The notes: generated by a model not told the origin, from the sequence alone. Counted from the first letter of the stretch, positions 8,163 to 17,251 are shown. The stretch: DNA of 64,000 nt from an archaeon (GCA_021823325.1 JAKAOG010000002.1:72651-136650); one strand, 5' to 3'. Numbers and translations: made by a program.

Positions 8163-8789
8163 ATGTCAACCGGAGTGGCGGGTCTGAGCTTGAAGGCGTT
8201 GAAGCTCGTCCGCGACCTCCCGCATGCCTCAGACGTCGAGGTTCGTCTTGGCCTCGAGGAGATCAGGAAGGCCGAGGAAACGATCGACGCAGACTTCGAC
8301 AAGGCCGCGACTCGGATCATGGATCTGGAGGTGTTCCCTGTCAACCCTGACTACCTGCTGGAGGTGGCGAGAGAGCTCGACAGGATGTCCGACCTCATCG
8401 AGCGCACCGCTATACTCCTGGAATGGAGACGGAAGCTGAGCGGCGAGGAATCAGAGCTGCTCGAAAACGCGGCGACGCAGGTCGCGTTGATTGCCGAGGG
8501 CGTCTCCTCCGTTCTGGAGGTTTTGGGGAAGGAGGACGGTGAAGCCGAGCGCCATTGCGAGTCCATTGTTCAGCGCGAAAAGACCGTCGACCAGATTAGG
8601 GACCGATACTACATGATCGCCTCCAAAAAGGGGTATGATATTGAGAAGCGGCTCTGGCTTACTGACGTCCTGGGGAACCTCGACGTCGTTGCGGACGCCG
8701 CCCGTGACTTGACGATCACTTTCCTCGTCATTTCCAAGAAGTTAGAAACGCAGCGACGACTCGACATCAAGAAGGGCGCAATGTGGTAG
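8163..8789 (+). CDS. DUF47 / PhoU-like helical protein
   Basis: About 208 aa, all-helical, with the DUF47-type C-terminal pattern (DVLGNLDVVADAARDL). ATG 8163 lies inside the longer 7626 ORF. Confidence 0.7.
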   Translation: MSTGVAGLSLKALKLVRDLPHASDVEVRLGLEEIRKAEETIDADFDKAATRIMDLEVFPVNPDYLLEVARELDRMSDLIERTAILLEWRRKLSGEESELLENAATQVALIAEGVSSVLEVLGKEDGEAERHCESIVQREKTVDQIRDRYYMIASKKGYDIEKRLWLTDVLGNLDVVADAARDLTITFLVISKKLETQRRLDIKKGAMW

Positions 8790-9052
8790 AGAGTCTTCCA
8801 GCGCGCTTCTCTCGCGGGGGTGGTTCTCCGGAAGGCAGACCTGTCTCGGCTCAGCGCCTTTGGCTGTATGTCCCATCCCAACCCTGACTCGACTTCCAAA
8901 GAATCGTCCCGCCGAGAGCGCCGCCCGCGCGTGGTCAGTTTGTGGGGCAAATCGTGGTTCGGGGTCGTCGGCGTTTGCCCCTTCCGCTGTCCTCGCGGCT
9001 CGCTCTGCCCATAGGAGCATCGTTAAAGCCTGGGCCCGCATGAAGAGCCGAG

Positions 9053-9886
9053 GTGTCGACACTGACCGCGGGCGGCAGGGGCCTCAGGTTTTTCCCTCTT
9101 GCCTTGAGGGGGGTGTTCTTCTTCTGCATGAGTTTTTTCGTGTTCGAGGCGTTCCTCGACATCAACCCGACGAGGATATCGGTGGCAGGCACGAGCCTCT
9201 CCGTCAGCTACTTCGTCTACCTGACACTCCCTGACCTAATCCGCTTCTTCCCGGAGGGATTCGCCATAATGGCGGTAGGGGCCGTGCTGTTCTCTTTCTC
9301 AAGATACAGATACCTTCCGTTCGTTCTCGCGGCATTCGCGGCGGCGTTCTACTTTGGGGTCATGCATTCCACCGCGATGGCCGACTACTATCGGTCGACC
9401 TACGCGTGTCACTTCAGCGGGTTGCAGTACGTCTGTCCTCTAGACAGCCTGGTCGCAGGGCATCCGAACATCCCCTTGCAGGGGGACGTCGTCGGACTGG
9501 GCGCATTCGCCTTGGCAGTTCCTTCCTACGCGGCGTCGAGGCTCCGCGCAGGGATCAGGTTGGCAGTCGTCGAGGCCGTCCTTGTCGGTTCAGGGTCCCT
9601 CGCAGCCTACGAGGCCGCGATCTACGCCTGGGAGCCGTACTGGTTCGCCAAGCAAGTGACGTTCTACCAGGGCCTGCTCTTCCTCGGGGGCTTCACCAAC
9701 CAAGAGCTGTTCTACGCAGCGTTATGCACTTTCGCAGTAGCGGCTGCATTGCGGTTCTTCGTGTGGCGACCCGTTCGGGGCAGGGCGCTGAGGCGAACCA
9801 GGAAGCGAGGCATCGCTGTCAATCTGTCTCCACCAAGGCCAGATGCGTTAGCGACTCCCGTGACTCGACTGTTATGCGTCCAGTGA
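9053..9886 (+). CDS. Hypothetical polytopic membrane protein
   Basis: Multiple aromatic-rich hydrophobic helices. No motif recognised. Confidence 0.4.
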   Translation: MSTLTAGGRGLRFFPLALRGVFFFCMSFFVFEAFLDINPTRISVAGTSLSVSYFVYLTLPDLIRFFPEGFAIMAVGAVLFSFSRYRYLPFVLAAFAAAFYFGVMHSTAMADYYRSTYACHFSGLQYVCPLDSLVAGHPNIPLQGDVVGLGAFALAVPSYAASRLRAGIRLAVVEAVLVGSGSLAAYEAAIYAWEPYWFAKQVTFYQGLLFLGGFTNQELFYAALCTFAVAAALRFFVWRPVRGRALRRTRKRGIAVNLSPPRPDALATPVTRLLCVQ

Positions 9887-9925
9887 GCCAGACGGCGTGG
9901 CCAATCGGGACCACGAGGGAGCGGG

Positions 9926-10690
9926 CTAGAGGAGCGTCCAGCCGCCGTCGATCACGATGCACGAGCCGTTCAGCAGCTTCGATCTGTCGGACGCCAGGAA
10001 GAGGGCCAGCTCGGCGATCTCGCCTGGCTCGCCGGTCCTCGGCAGCGTCGCCATGGCCTTCATGAGGTGCTCCATCCCCTTCGGGTCGGGCGCCGTGGCC
10101 CCCACCCCTATGTTGGTGTTCACCGCGCCGAGCACCATGGCGTTGCACCTTATCCCCGCGCTCCGATAGTGGGCCGCGATGCTCCGGGTCAGGCCGATGA
10201 GCGCGTGCTTCGAGGTCGTGTAAGCGGCTCCTGCCACCCCTCCGAAGAGCCCGGCCACCGAAGCCGTGTTGATTATCGATCCTCCGCCAGAGGTCTGCAT
10301 CAGCGGGATGGCGCGCCTGCTCGCACGGAAGGGCGCGTTGACATTGATGTCCATGACCTTCTCCCAGACGCCGTCTGGCGTGTCTACCACCGGGCGGACC
10401 CCGTCCATGATCCCTGCGTTGTTGCAGAGGATGTCCACCCTGCCGAAGACCTTCGCGGCGCGGTCGACCATAAGGTCGGGGCTTTCCCTGAGGGAGAGGT
10501 CGAGGGTCATCCCTTCCACCTTCGCCTGGCTCCTGGCCCGCGCTTCCTTCACCACCTGCTCTACCCTGTCGGGGACCACGTCTACCACCAGGACTGACGC
10601 TCCGTTCTCAGCGAACAGGTTAGACATCGCCCTGCCGACCCCGGAACCTGCGCCGGTGATTACTGCGACTTTGCCGTCGAGTATGCCCAT
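9926..10690 (-). CDS. Short-chain dehydrogenase/reductase (SDR)
   Basis: TGAGSGVGRA cofactor motif, NNAG, YTTSKHA catalytic motif. Confidence 0.85.
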   Translation of the reverse strand: MGILDGKVAVITGAGSGVGRAMSNLFAENGASVLVVDVVPDRVEQVVKEARARSQAKVEGMTLDLSLRESPDLMVDRAAKVFGRVDILCNNAGIMDGVRPVVDTPDGVWEKVMDINVNAPFRASRRAIPLMQTSGGGSIINTASVAGLFGGVAGAAYTTSKHALIGLTRSIAAHYRSAGIRCNAMVLGAVNTNIGVGATAPDPKGMEHLMKAMATLPRTGEPGEIAELALFLASDRSKLLNGSCIVIDGGWTLL

Positions 10691-10924
10691 GTGTAGTTCG
10701 GAGCATGCACCGCAGATAAGAGGGGCGGCCGATTCTCGACATTGGGAATGGCGCAGGTTCGCGATGATTTGGCTCTCGTTCCACTAGGCTGAGTTGCTCG
10801 ATTGTCGGTTCACGGAGATCTTCTTCGCACGCCCCTGGGCGCCAGAAGGGCCCTGCCCGAACTCTTCCCAAGCGTTCCCCACGCTCACATTTGGGCATGG
10901 ATTCTATTTGAACAACTATATCGA

Positions 10925-10999
10925 TGCCCCGGGCGAGATTTGAACTCGCGTCGCTACCTCGAGAGGGTAACATGCTTGACCGGGCTACACCACCGGGGC
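10925..10999 (-). tRNA. tRNA-Glu (anticodon CUC), no encoded CCA
   Basis: Hand-folded cloverleaf: GCCCCGG acceptor, anticodon arm UUACC-CUCUCGA-GGUAG, T arm GCGAG-UUCAAAU-CUCGC, discriminator A. Confidence 0.9.
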
Positions 11000-11022
11000 T
11001 CGTCCTGCCCTCGATGCGGTGT

Positions 11023-11030
11023 GGATATAG
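11023..11030 (-). promoter_or_regulatory. TATA-like box for tRNA-Glu
   Basis: CTATATCC on the minus strand, centred about 28 nt upstream of the tRNA 5' end. Confidence 0.4.
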
Positions 11031-11076
11031 CGGTTGCTTCTGAAAACAGGTTGTTTGCAGGGGCGGACTTGGCGCC

Positions 11077-11304
11077 TCAGGCGTTGGGCTTCAGGATCTC
11101 TTCGGCGGCCAGCTTGATGTCAGATGGCTTCACCGTCTTCCTGCCTGCGTGAGCCGCCAGGGTGACCGCCCTCTTGGATATCTGGACCCCCAGGGCCTCT
11201 AGCTCCGTCCTCAGCTCGATGGCTGCGTCGTCCCCGACCCTCTCCGCGCCCGCCTTCTTTATCACCCTGTAGACGGCCGCAAGGCCGAACTCGGAACTGG
11301 ACAT
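11077..11304 (-). CDS. Archaeal histone (HMf-type histone fold)
   Basis: VYRVIKKAGAERVGDDAA...AAHAGRKTVKPSDIKLA, 75 aa. Confidence 0.85.
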   Translation of the reverse strand: MSSSEFGLAAVYRVIKKAGAERVGDDAAIELRTELEALGVQISKRAVTLAAHAGRKTVKPSDIKLAAEEILKPNA

Positions 11305-11329
11305 GCGCCTTTCCGAGGAACGGGTTTAG

Positions 11330-11337
11330 TATTAAAA
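11330..11337 (-). promoter_or_regulatory. TATA box for histone gene
   Basis: TTTTAATA on the minus strand, about 29 nt upstream of the ATG. This implies a leaderless or very short leader. Confidence 0.4.
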
Positions 11338-11505
11338 CCTTTGGGGGATTTTGCCCCTTCTCCTGTCCTTTTTTGACCTCAGAACGCTCAAGTTCACCCC
11401 TATTCGGAAAAAGGGCGGGAAAACCGTGACGAACAGTTCGTGCGTCAGTCTTTGCGTCATAGAACGATAGCGTGGCCTGAAATACCACTTTGGCGAAGGC
11501 CGGCT

Positions 11506-12240
11506 GTGCGTTTCGTCGATTCGCATCTGCATCTGGACGGCCCGGACGCAACGGATACGGTCGCGTGGGCCAAGTCAGCGGGGGTGGCCGTTTTCGGTTG
11601 CGGGACCGATGAGAGGAACTCGAAGTCGCTTCTGATCCTCGCCCATGGCCTCGACGGGACGGTCTTCCCTTTCGTCGGGGTGCACCCGTCGGAGGCGGAG
11701 AAGTCCGAGGGGCTGTCGTGGCTCCCGGAGGCGGCGAAGGAAGCCGCCGGGATCGGTGAGATCGGCCTCGACCCTACCTACTCGCCGGCGGGGGAAGGCT
11801 CTCCCCAGATGAGAGCGTTCAGGGGCCAGCTGGAGGTCGCTGAGAAGTGGGGGAAGCCCGTCCAGGTGCATTCCAGGTCCGCTGAAGCGAAGTGCCTCGA
11901 GGTCCTTGGTCAATCGAGGGTCAAGCGGGTGCTGATGCACAGGCTTGAGAGCGAAGAGGCGGTCCCCAAGGCAATGGAGAGAGGGTATTTCGTCTCGTTC
12001 GGGCCTGCGCTCCTCTACTCCAGGAGGGTCCAGCGCGCCGCGATGAAGTCCCTTCCCGAGCTGACCCTGCTCGAGACCGACTCCCCCGTCCCCTACGCTC
12101 CCCTCGGCGGCGCCAAAGGGCCGGCGCTCGTCCCGTCTGTGGCGTTCAGGCTCGCGGAGCTCCGAGGTGCTCCCTTCGGCGAGACCCTGGAAGGGTGCTC
12201 GAACAACGCCCTCCGCTTCCTCGGGGGCGGGAAAGGTTAA
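11506..12240 (+). CDS. TatD-family metal-dependent hydrolase/DNase
   Basis: Starts MRFVDSHLHLDG at GTG 11506 (the track ORF starts at 11440). Contains EIGLD and VQVHSR motifs. Confidence 0.8.
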   Translation: MRFVDSHLHLDGPDATDTVAWAKSAGVAVFGCGTDERNSKSLLILAHGLDGTVFPFVGVHPSEAEKSEGLSWLPEAAKEAAGIGEIGLDPTYSPAGEGSPQMRAFRGQLEVAEKWGKPVQVHSRSAEAKCLEVLGQSRVKRVLMHRLESEEAVPKAMERGYFVSFGPALLYSRRVQRAAMKSLPELTLLETDSPVPYAPLGGAKGPALVPSVAFRLAELRGAPFGETLEGCSNNALRFLGGGKG

Positions 12241-12268
12241 CAACCCATCCGGGCGGGCTTGACTGAAG

Positions 12269-12481
12269 TTGGACAGGACGCGGAGGCTTTCGGAGGAGAT
12301 TATGCAGAGGCACCCCGAAGCTTTCGGTACCGACTTCGAAGCTAACAAGAAGGCGCTGGAGGAACTTGCGCTTATCCCCTCCAAGCAGCTCAGGAACAGG
12401 ATCGCAGGCTACATCGCAAAGATGAACACCCCTGAGCCTGAAGAAGAAGCGGAGCCAGCGGTCGAACCAACGACGGAGTAG
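12269..12481 (+). CDS. rps17e: 30S ribosomal protein S17e with acidic Pro/Glu C-terminal tail
   Basis: HPEAFGTDFEANKKALEELALIPSKQLRNRIAGYI matches the S17e core. TTG start. Confidence 0.8.
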   Translation: MDRTRRLSEEIMQRHPEAFGTDFEANKKALEELALIPSKQLRNRIAGYIAKMNTPEPEEEAEPAVEPTTE

Positions 12482-12484
12482 GCC

Positions 12485-13306
12485 ATGGCCCTGGCGACGG
12501 CGGGGTTCTCCCTCGGCATCAGGCCCCTGTCATCTCTCCTCCCTCACGAAGAGGTGATCCCTCGCCACGTGCAGCAGGTCGCTGCGGAGATGGCGCGCGA
12601 CAAGATACAGAGGGACCCGATAATCATCGAACGAGAAAGCGCGGTTGTCCTGGACGGCATGCACAGGCTCGCCGCGTTCAGGGAGCTCAAGATAGAGAAC
12701 GCCGTCTGCTGCTCGGTGGAGTATAGCTCCACCTCCGTGTCCCTTGGGAGGTGGGCGCGCGTCTACGGCATGAAGGAAGGAGACAGGGTGACAGACGCGT
12801 TGGCCGAGGTCGGCGGGACGAAGAGGGCCAATCTGGCGGAGGCGTTCAGCGCCCTGGACAGGAGAGACGCGTCTTTCGCCGTGCTCACCCCTGACGCGGC
12901 GTTCCTTTCGGACGGGAAGCAAGGGCACGAGCATATCGTCTCTTCGGTGGCGGCGCTTGACAGGATGGCGGAAAGGCGAGGGTGGGAGAGAGGGTTCGTC
13001 TCGGAGGACGAGGTGGACGTCCCGCTCCAGGATCCGAGGAAGGTCGTGGTCCTCCTCCGCAGGCTCACAAAGGAAGACGTCGTGAGCGCCGCGAGGTCGG
13101 GGAGGCTGTTTCCATGCAAGACGTCGATGCACGCCATCGACCCGCGGCCGGTCGCGGTGGACTTCCCCATAGCCGAGCTGAACGACGCGGACACCGCCAA
13201 GCTGAAGCGATGGCTAGGCGGGAACGAGGGCAAGATACTCCCCCGAGGGTCCAGTTACGGCGGAAGAAGGTATAAGGAAAGGCTTCTCGTGCTTTCAAAG
13301 GATTGA
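12485..13306 (+). CDS. ParB/sulfiredoxin-fold protein, free serine kinase (SerK)-like architecture
   Basis: LLPHEE...VVLDGMHRLAAF (DGxHR ParB/Srx motif) in the N-terminal domain, plus a second alpha/beta domain. 273 aa. Confidence 0.5.
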   Translation: MALATAGFSLGIRPLSSLLPHEEVIPRHVQQVAAEMARDKIQRDPIIIERESAVVLDGMHRLAAFRELKIENAVCCSVEYSSTSVSLGRWARVYGMKEGDRVTDALAEVGGTKRANLAEAFSALDRRDASFAVLTPDAAFLSDGKQGHEHIVSSVAALDRMAERRGWERGFVSEDEVDVPLQDPRKVVVLLRRLTKEDVVSAARSGRLFPCKTSMHAIDPRPVAVDFPIAELNDADTAKLKRWLGGNEGKILPRGSSYGGRRYKERLLVLSKD

Positions 13307-13560
13307 TCACAGTCAGGTGCCTCGGCCACATCGCAAGCGCGCTGAAGGCGAAGGAGATGACACTCGATGTCGGCGAGATCGATGCGTCGGACCTGGTGGA
13401 AAAGCTCAGGGTGTCGACTGGGATGGAAGACCCTGGGTTCAGCAAGTTCAACACGCTCGTCATGGTCGAGGATGGGGAGGCGTTCGTCCCGGCAGGGTCG
13501 AAGAAGACGATAAAGGACGGGTCCACGGTGGCGCTGCTCCCGTTCTCTCATGGAGGGTGA
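13303..13560 (+). CDS. MoaD/ThiS-family beta-grasp ubiquitin-like protein ending in Gly-Gly
   Basis: 85 aa, C-terminus LLPFSHGG-stop. TTG start overlaps the upstream stop (TTGA at 13303-13306). Confidence 0.65.
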   Translation: MITVRCLGHIASALKAKEMTLDVGEIDASDLVEKLRVSTGMEDPGFSKFNTLVMVEDGEAFVPAGSKKTIKDGSTVALLPFSHGG

Positions 13561-13561
13561 G

Positions 13562-13990
13562 ATGACCCAGGCGTTCGCGAAGGCGTATCTGTTCGAAGCG
13601 GGCGGAAGCGCAGACGAGGTCAAGAGAAAGCTCGCCTCTGTCAATCCAGGCACCATGGTCCAGGCGATGAGGGCGGGACCGGCCGTCAACGCGGCGCTGG
13701 TGGAGATGCTCGCCGCCCAGACCTTCAGGGCGGAGTCCTCCGGGGCCATGCTCGCCAAGAAGCCAGAGATAGATTTCCTGCTCAGGTTCGCAGGGACGTC
13801 GCAGATCGCCAAGGCGATCAGGGAGCAAGGAGCGGTCCCGGGGAAACCGTTCTTCGCGGTGACCGCAGGGAGAAAGGAGATTGTGACCCCCGCCGAGTAC
13901 AGGTCCGCCGAACTCCCCAGGAAGAAGCTGTCGAGGTCAGACCTGACGAGGGTCGAGAGGGCGGCGCTCCTGGACGCCCAGAAGTCCTAG
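13562..13990 (+). CDS. cgi121: KEOPS subunit Cgi121
   Basis: AKKPEIDFLLRFAGTSQIAKAIREQG resembles the Cgi121 core. ATG 13562 is preceded by GGAGG; the alternative is ATG 13550. Confidence 0.6.
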   Translation: MTQAFAKAYLFEAGGSADEVKRKLASVNPGTMVQAMRAGPAVNAALVEMLAAQTFRAESSGAMLAKKPEIDFLLRFAGTSQIAKAIREQGAVPGKPFFAVTAGRKEIVTPAEYRSAELPRKKLSRSDLTRVERAALLDAQKS

Positions 13991-14889
13991 GAAGCGGCCG
14001 AAGCGCGTCCGGGGACCCTTCCGCCGGCGAGTCTGCCCACGAGCGGTCCCACAACCAGCAGTATCGCGGCCACGGCGAATATCGTCGTCTTGATCGGGGT
14101 GATGTCGGCTATCGACCCTCCCCACGGGACGAGGAAAAGCACCGCCGCTAGCACCAGGAAGATGAGCGCGTAAAGGACCGACAGCGGCGCCGTCCTCTTG
14201 GCTTCCGAGCTCGACCATGAGGGGTAGTCCGTGATGACGGTCGACCTGGCGGAGATGGGGCGGACCGCCCTGAGCAAAACCGGGACGACGATGAGGACCG
14301 CAGGGATGGAGGTCGTGTCCCAGAAGACGGTGAGCCCCAGCGTCAACAGGGCCTTGCCCTGCAGGCTCGTAAGAGCCGCGAGCGGAGCAAAGAGGAGAGG
14401 CCCTGCGGTGGCCACGAGCCCCGCGGCCATCAGGTTCCCGAGGGTGAGGAAAGCGACGGTGGAAGTGATGAAGCTCGGCCAGGAGCGGTACTTCTTCACC
14501 GCCCATCCGAACAAGAGGGTGGCCACGAAGTTGGCCGGGACCCCGGCCGCCAGCGCCAGCAGGGGGTTCGTAGCGCCCACCGGGAGGAGGAAGATCATGT
14601 CGCCGATGAAGCTCCCCATGGCGGCTCCTACGGCCACCGACATGGTGTCGGAGACTATCGCGAAGAAGAGAGGGACGAACGCCGCGATGTAGAGCTGGCC
14701 CACCCCCCACGGGCTAGGGATGTAGCCTGTGATCCCTTTGGCGGCGGCGAACAGGACGGCTGTTATCACAACGGTGACAACCTTGCTGGTGGTAGTCACT
14801 TGACGCGCGTAGCCTGAGGTTGATGCGGCGGCAGCCGGGTCGGCTGGCGTGCCCAAACTGGCGTCCGAGTGGGGAGGACCGTATTTCAA
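13987..14889 (-). CDS. Polytopic membrane protein (possibly ECF S-component-like)
   Basis: 300 aa, 6-8 hydrophobic helices after a polar N-terminus. The family call is weak. Confidence 0.4.
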   Translation of the reverse strand: MKYGPPHSDASLGTPADPAAAASTSGYARQVTTTSKVVTVVITAVLFAAAKGITGYIPSPWGVGQLYIAAFVPLFFAIVSDTMSVAVGAAMGSFIGDMIFLLPVGATNPLLALAAGVPANFVATLLFGWAVKKYRSWPSFITSTVAFLTLGNLMAAGLVATAGPLLFAPLAALTSLQGKALLTLGLTVFWDTTSIPAVLIVVPVLLRAVRPISARSTVITDYPSWSSSEAKRTAPLSVLYALIFLVLAAVLFLVPWGGSIADITPIKTTIFAVAAILLVVGPLVGRLAGGRVPGRASAAS

Positions 14890-14977
14890 GGTGGTCTATA
14901 GTATCTCTTAACCTCTCTATATCCACCCCGTTCGGTTGACCTAGCTGGCAGTGGAGCGCGCGAGGTCGCAGTGTATT

Positions 14978-15760
14978 CTATTCTTCGTGGAACGTGAACT
15001 CGCAGTACTCTTCGCCGCAGGAGATGCACCTGGTCTCCGAGCTCGCGTACCTCTTCCCCCACACGGTGTCCATGACGGCGGTCATGTGGCCCCTGAGGAA
15101 GTGGCTTATCGGGGCGGCTGACCTCTGGTCTTTGCACTCGAAGCTGTTCTCGATCCTTATCGTGACCTCGGACATCGCTGGGTTCGACGCCATGTCAAGG
15201 GGTTTGCCCCAGCCAAGGGCGGTGTAGATCTCGCCGAGCTCTCTGAAGTTCTTTTGGACGAAGCTCTTCCCCGCCAGCGAGATCAGCTTCTTCATCGCGC
15301 TTTCTCCATAGGTGTAGCCCATCTGGTAGAGTATCACGTTCCCCCCCGACCCGAACGTCTTCTTCAGCTCGGCTATCATCAGGGTGAACAGGTCGGCCCT
15401 CATGAGCACGAGCCTCTCCCCTCCGCTCATGACGATGGGGAAGTGCCCGCTTTCCACGAGCAACCCTTCCTGGGCTTGCTCTACCTCTATCTTCGGCACG
15501 AGAGGAGAAGGCTTGAGCTTTGACGTGACCTCCTGTAGCGTCAGGTCCCGCGCTCCTTCCACGACGAGCGTCAGAGTGGCCGACTCTGCCCCGGGGACGG
15601 CGGTGCTTGTCACGCTCAGTACGTTCAGCTTCGCCTCCAAGACCTTCGAGAGGAGCTCAAGCAGAGACCCAGGGACGTTCTTGTGAGTGGAAGTCAGCCG
15701 GAACATGTTCCGATCGGGGGCGTAGACGAAGATGGGAATCCTTCGGGCGCCCTGAGACAT
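14978..15760 (-). CDS. ACT-like plus V4R (4-vinyl reductase) domain protein
   Basis: N-terminal ACT-like fold (NVPGSLLELLSKVLEAKLNVLSV). C-terminal V4R pattern with CISCGEEYCEF. Confidence 0.55.
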   Translation of the reverse strand: MSQGARRIPIFVYAPDRNMFRLTSTHKNVPGSLLELLSKVLEAKLNVLSVTSTAVPGAESATLTLVVEGARDLTLQEVTSKLKPSPLVPKIEVEQAQEGLLVESGHFPIVMSGGERLVLMRADLFTLMIAELKKTFGSGGNVILYQMGYTYGESAMKKLISLAGKSFVQKNFRELGEIYTALGWGKPLDMASNPAMSEVTIRIENSFECKDQRSAAPISHFLRGHMTAVMDTVWGKRYASSETRCISCGEEYCEFTFHEE

Positions 15761-16200
15761 TTGTTGTCATGCTCGGACACCGGCTATAAGAATTCAGCAG
15801 ATGTCAGGGCCGGTCACGACCTAGCATCGACGGCAGGCCCGGAGAGACCCCCGTTCGAGGTTCGAACGCCCTTTGCAGAACTACTTTGGCGGGACGCCCG
15901 CGAAGTACCATCCTTGCTTTAGGGGCGCGTCGACCGGGGCTGCTCGCTGTATCGGGCTAGGGCTTCCCGCCTGCCCTACGACCATCTCTGGCGCCTTGCC
16001 CAGCTTGCCGTCCGACGTCCGAGTGACCTTCCCCACGAGCTCCCGCTTCCGCATATGATGCCTGCTCCCGGCCCTCTCCGACTTTCTCCAGGGTCAGCGC
16101 CCAGTTCACAAAGCAGTCCCACAAGAGGGGCGGACCCTGCTTGCGGCTCCCCCCTTCGGGGCCCTCGCGACTCATTCCGGACGCCCCTTAGACAAGTCGC

Positions 16201-17010
16201 TCAATGGAGGAGATGCCTGTTGAAGAAGGCCAGCGCGCTCTCCCAGGCGTCCTCTGCAGCTTCTCTGTTGTAGACCGGCCTCGTCTCGTTGAAGAAGGAG
16301 TGTTGCGCCCCCTTGTAGATTTTCATCTGGAACGCCTTCTTGTATCTGACCATGGCTTCCACGATGGAAGGAATGCCGGCGTTGACCCTCTCGTCCTCCC
16401 CGGCGTAGAAAGCAAGCACAGGACCGCTTATGTTCGCAACGGACTCGATCGGTTTCGGGTTGGCTCCGTAGAAAGGGACAGAAACGAACGGGTGCATCGT
16501 CGAAAGCTGATAGGCCAATCCCCCTCCCATGCAGAAGCCCGTGATGCCTAGCCTGTCTCCCCTGACGTAGCTCTGCCGCTGGAGGTGGTCCTTGCAGTTC
16601 ATCAGGTCCGCAGCCATCTGCTTCTCCATGGCATCCCTCCCCAGGTAGAAGATCTCCATGACCTTCCTTTCTGCCTCGGGCATGGCGCCCATGAGCGCCC
16701 TAATCGCGTCTGGGTCGTTCCGCTTCTCGGGAGGCAGGGACCAGAGCGGCTTCATGGCGCTCTCGATGTTCTTCTCGTTCATGACGTCCCCGACCCTGGC
16801 GAAGAGGTTCGGTGCCATGGCGACGAACCCCTGCTCCGCGTAGCGCCTCGCGACTCCCCTGATCTGGTCGTTCAGGCCGAATGCTTCGTGCACCACTATT
16901 ATTGCAGGCCGTCTGTCTCCGCTCGAGCCGGCGCTCGGCCTTGCCACGTATGCCGCCATGTCTGCGCCGTCGGCGCACTTGAATCCGGCGTCTTCGCTCA
17001 GGATCTCCAC
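16201..17010 (-). CDS. Dienelactone hydrolase family protein
   Basis: IVVHEAFGLN, nucleophile motif GFCMGG, C-terminal GAQHSF. Confidence 0.8.
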   Translation of the reverse strand: MEILSEDAGFKCADGADMAAYVARPSAGSSGDRRPAIIVVHEAFGLNDQIRGVARRYAEQGFVAMAPNLFARVGDVMNEKNIESAMKPLWSLPPEKRNDPDAIRALMGAMPEAERKVMEIFYLGRDAMEKQMAADLMNCKDHLQRQSYVRGDRLGITGFCMGGGLAYQLSTMHPFVSVPFYGANPKPIESVANISGPVLAFYAGEDERVNAGIPSIVEAMVRYKKAFQMKIYKGAQHSFFNETRPVYNREAAEDAWESALAFFNRHLLH

Positions 17011-17251
17011 GCTGCCGCGCCAGGACCTCGGCGGGAACCGGGACGGTATAATTCTTGCGTTCTGACGCCCACCCCGGGTCAGCCTGTGCGAGAAAGCACT
17101 AGACCATCAGCTTGTCGGCGCAACGGACTGAGGGGCGCGTCACGCGCGGCACCCCTGCGCCCATGGCCCGACCGTTTCTGCGGCGACAGTAGCTATCTCG
17201 AGACCAGATTGAGCGCGACGTGACGGGTCGGCGGGACTCGACGTCTGTCAG

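Noticed and set aside
7626-8789. A single 387-aa ORF spanning crcB, DUF190 and DUF47.
   Set aside because: Its first about 180 codons are an alternative frame across crcB and DUF190. Only the part from ATG 8163 has a recognisable (DUF47) pattern.
15835-15843. AGGCCCGGA, identical to the start of the conserved archaeal SRP RNA helix 8 motif (AGGCCCGGAAGGGAGCAAC).
   Set aside because: The match stops after 9 nt (it continues GAGACCCCC). No GNAR tetraloop or AGCA loop context is present and no Alu-domain-like 5'/3' pairing was found by eye.
16076-16089. Minus-strand GGAGAAAGUCGGAG, resembling RNase P RNA CR-I (GAGGAAAGUCC).
   Set aside because: Two near-invariant positions differ. I could not find the complementary P4 strand or the ACAGAA/CR-IV-V motifs downstream.
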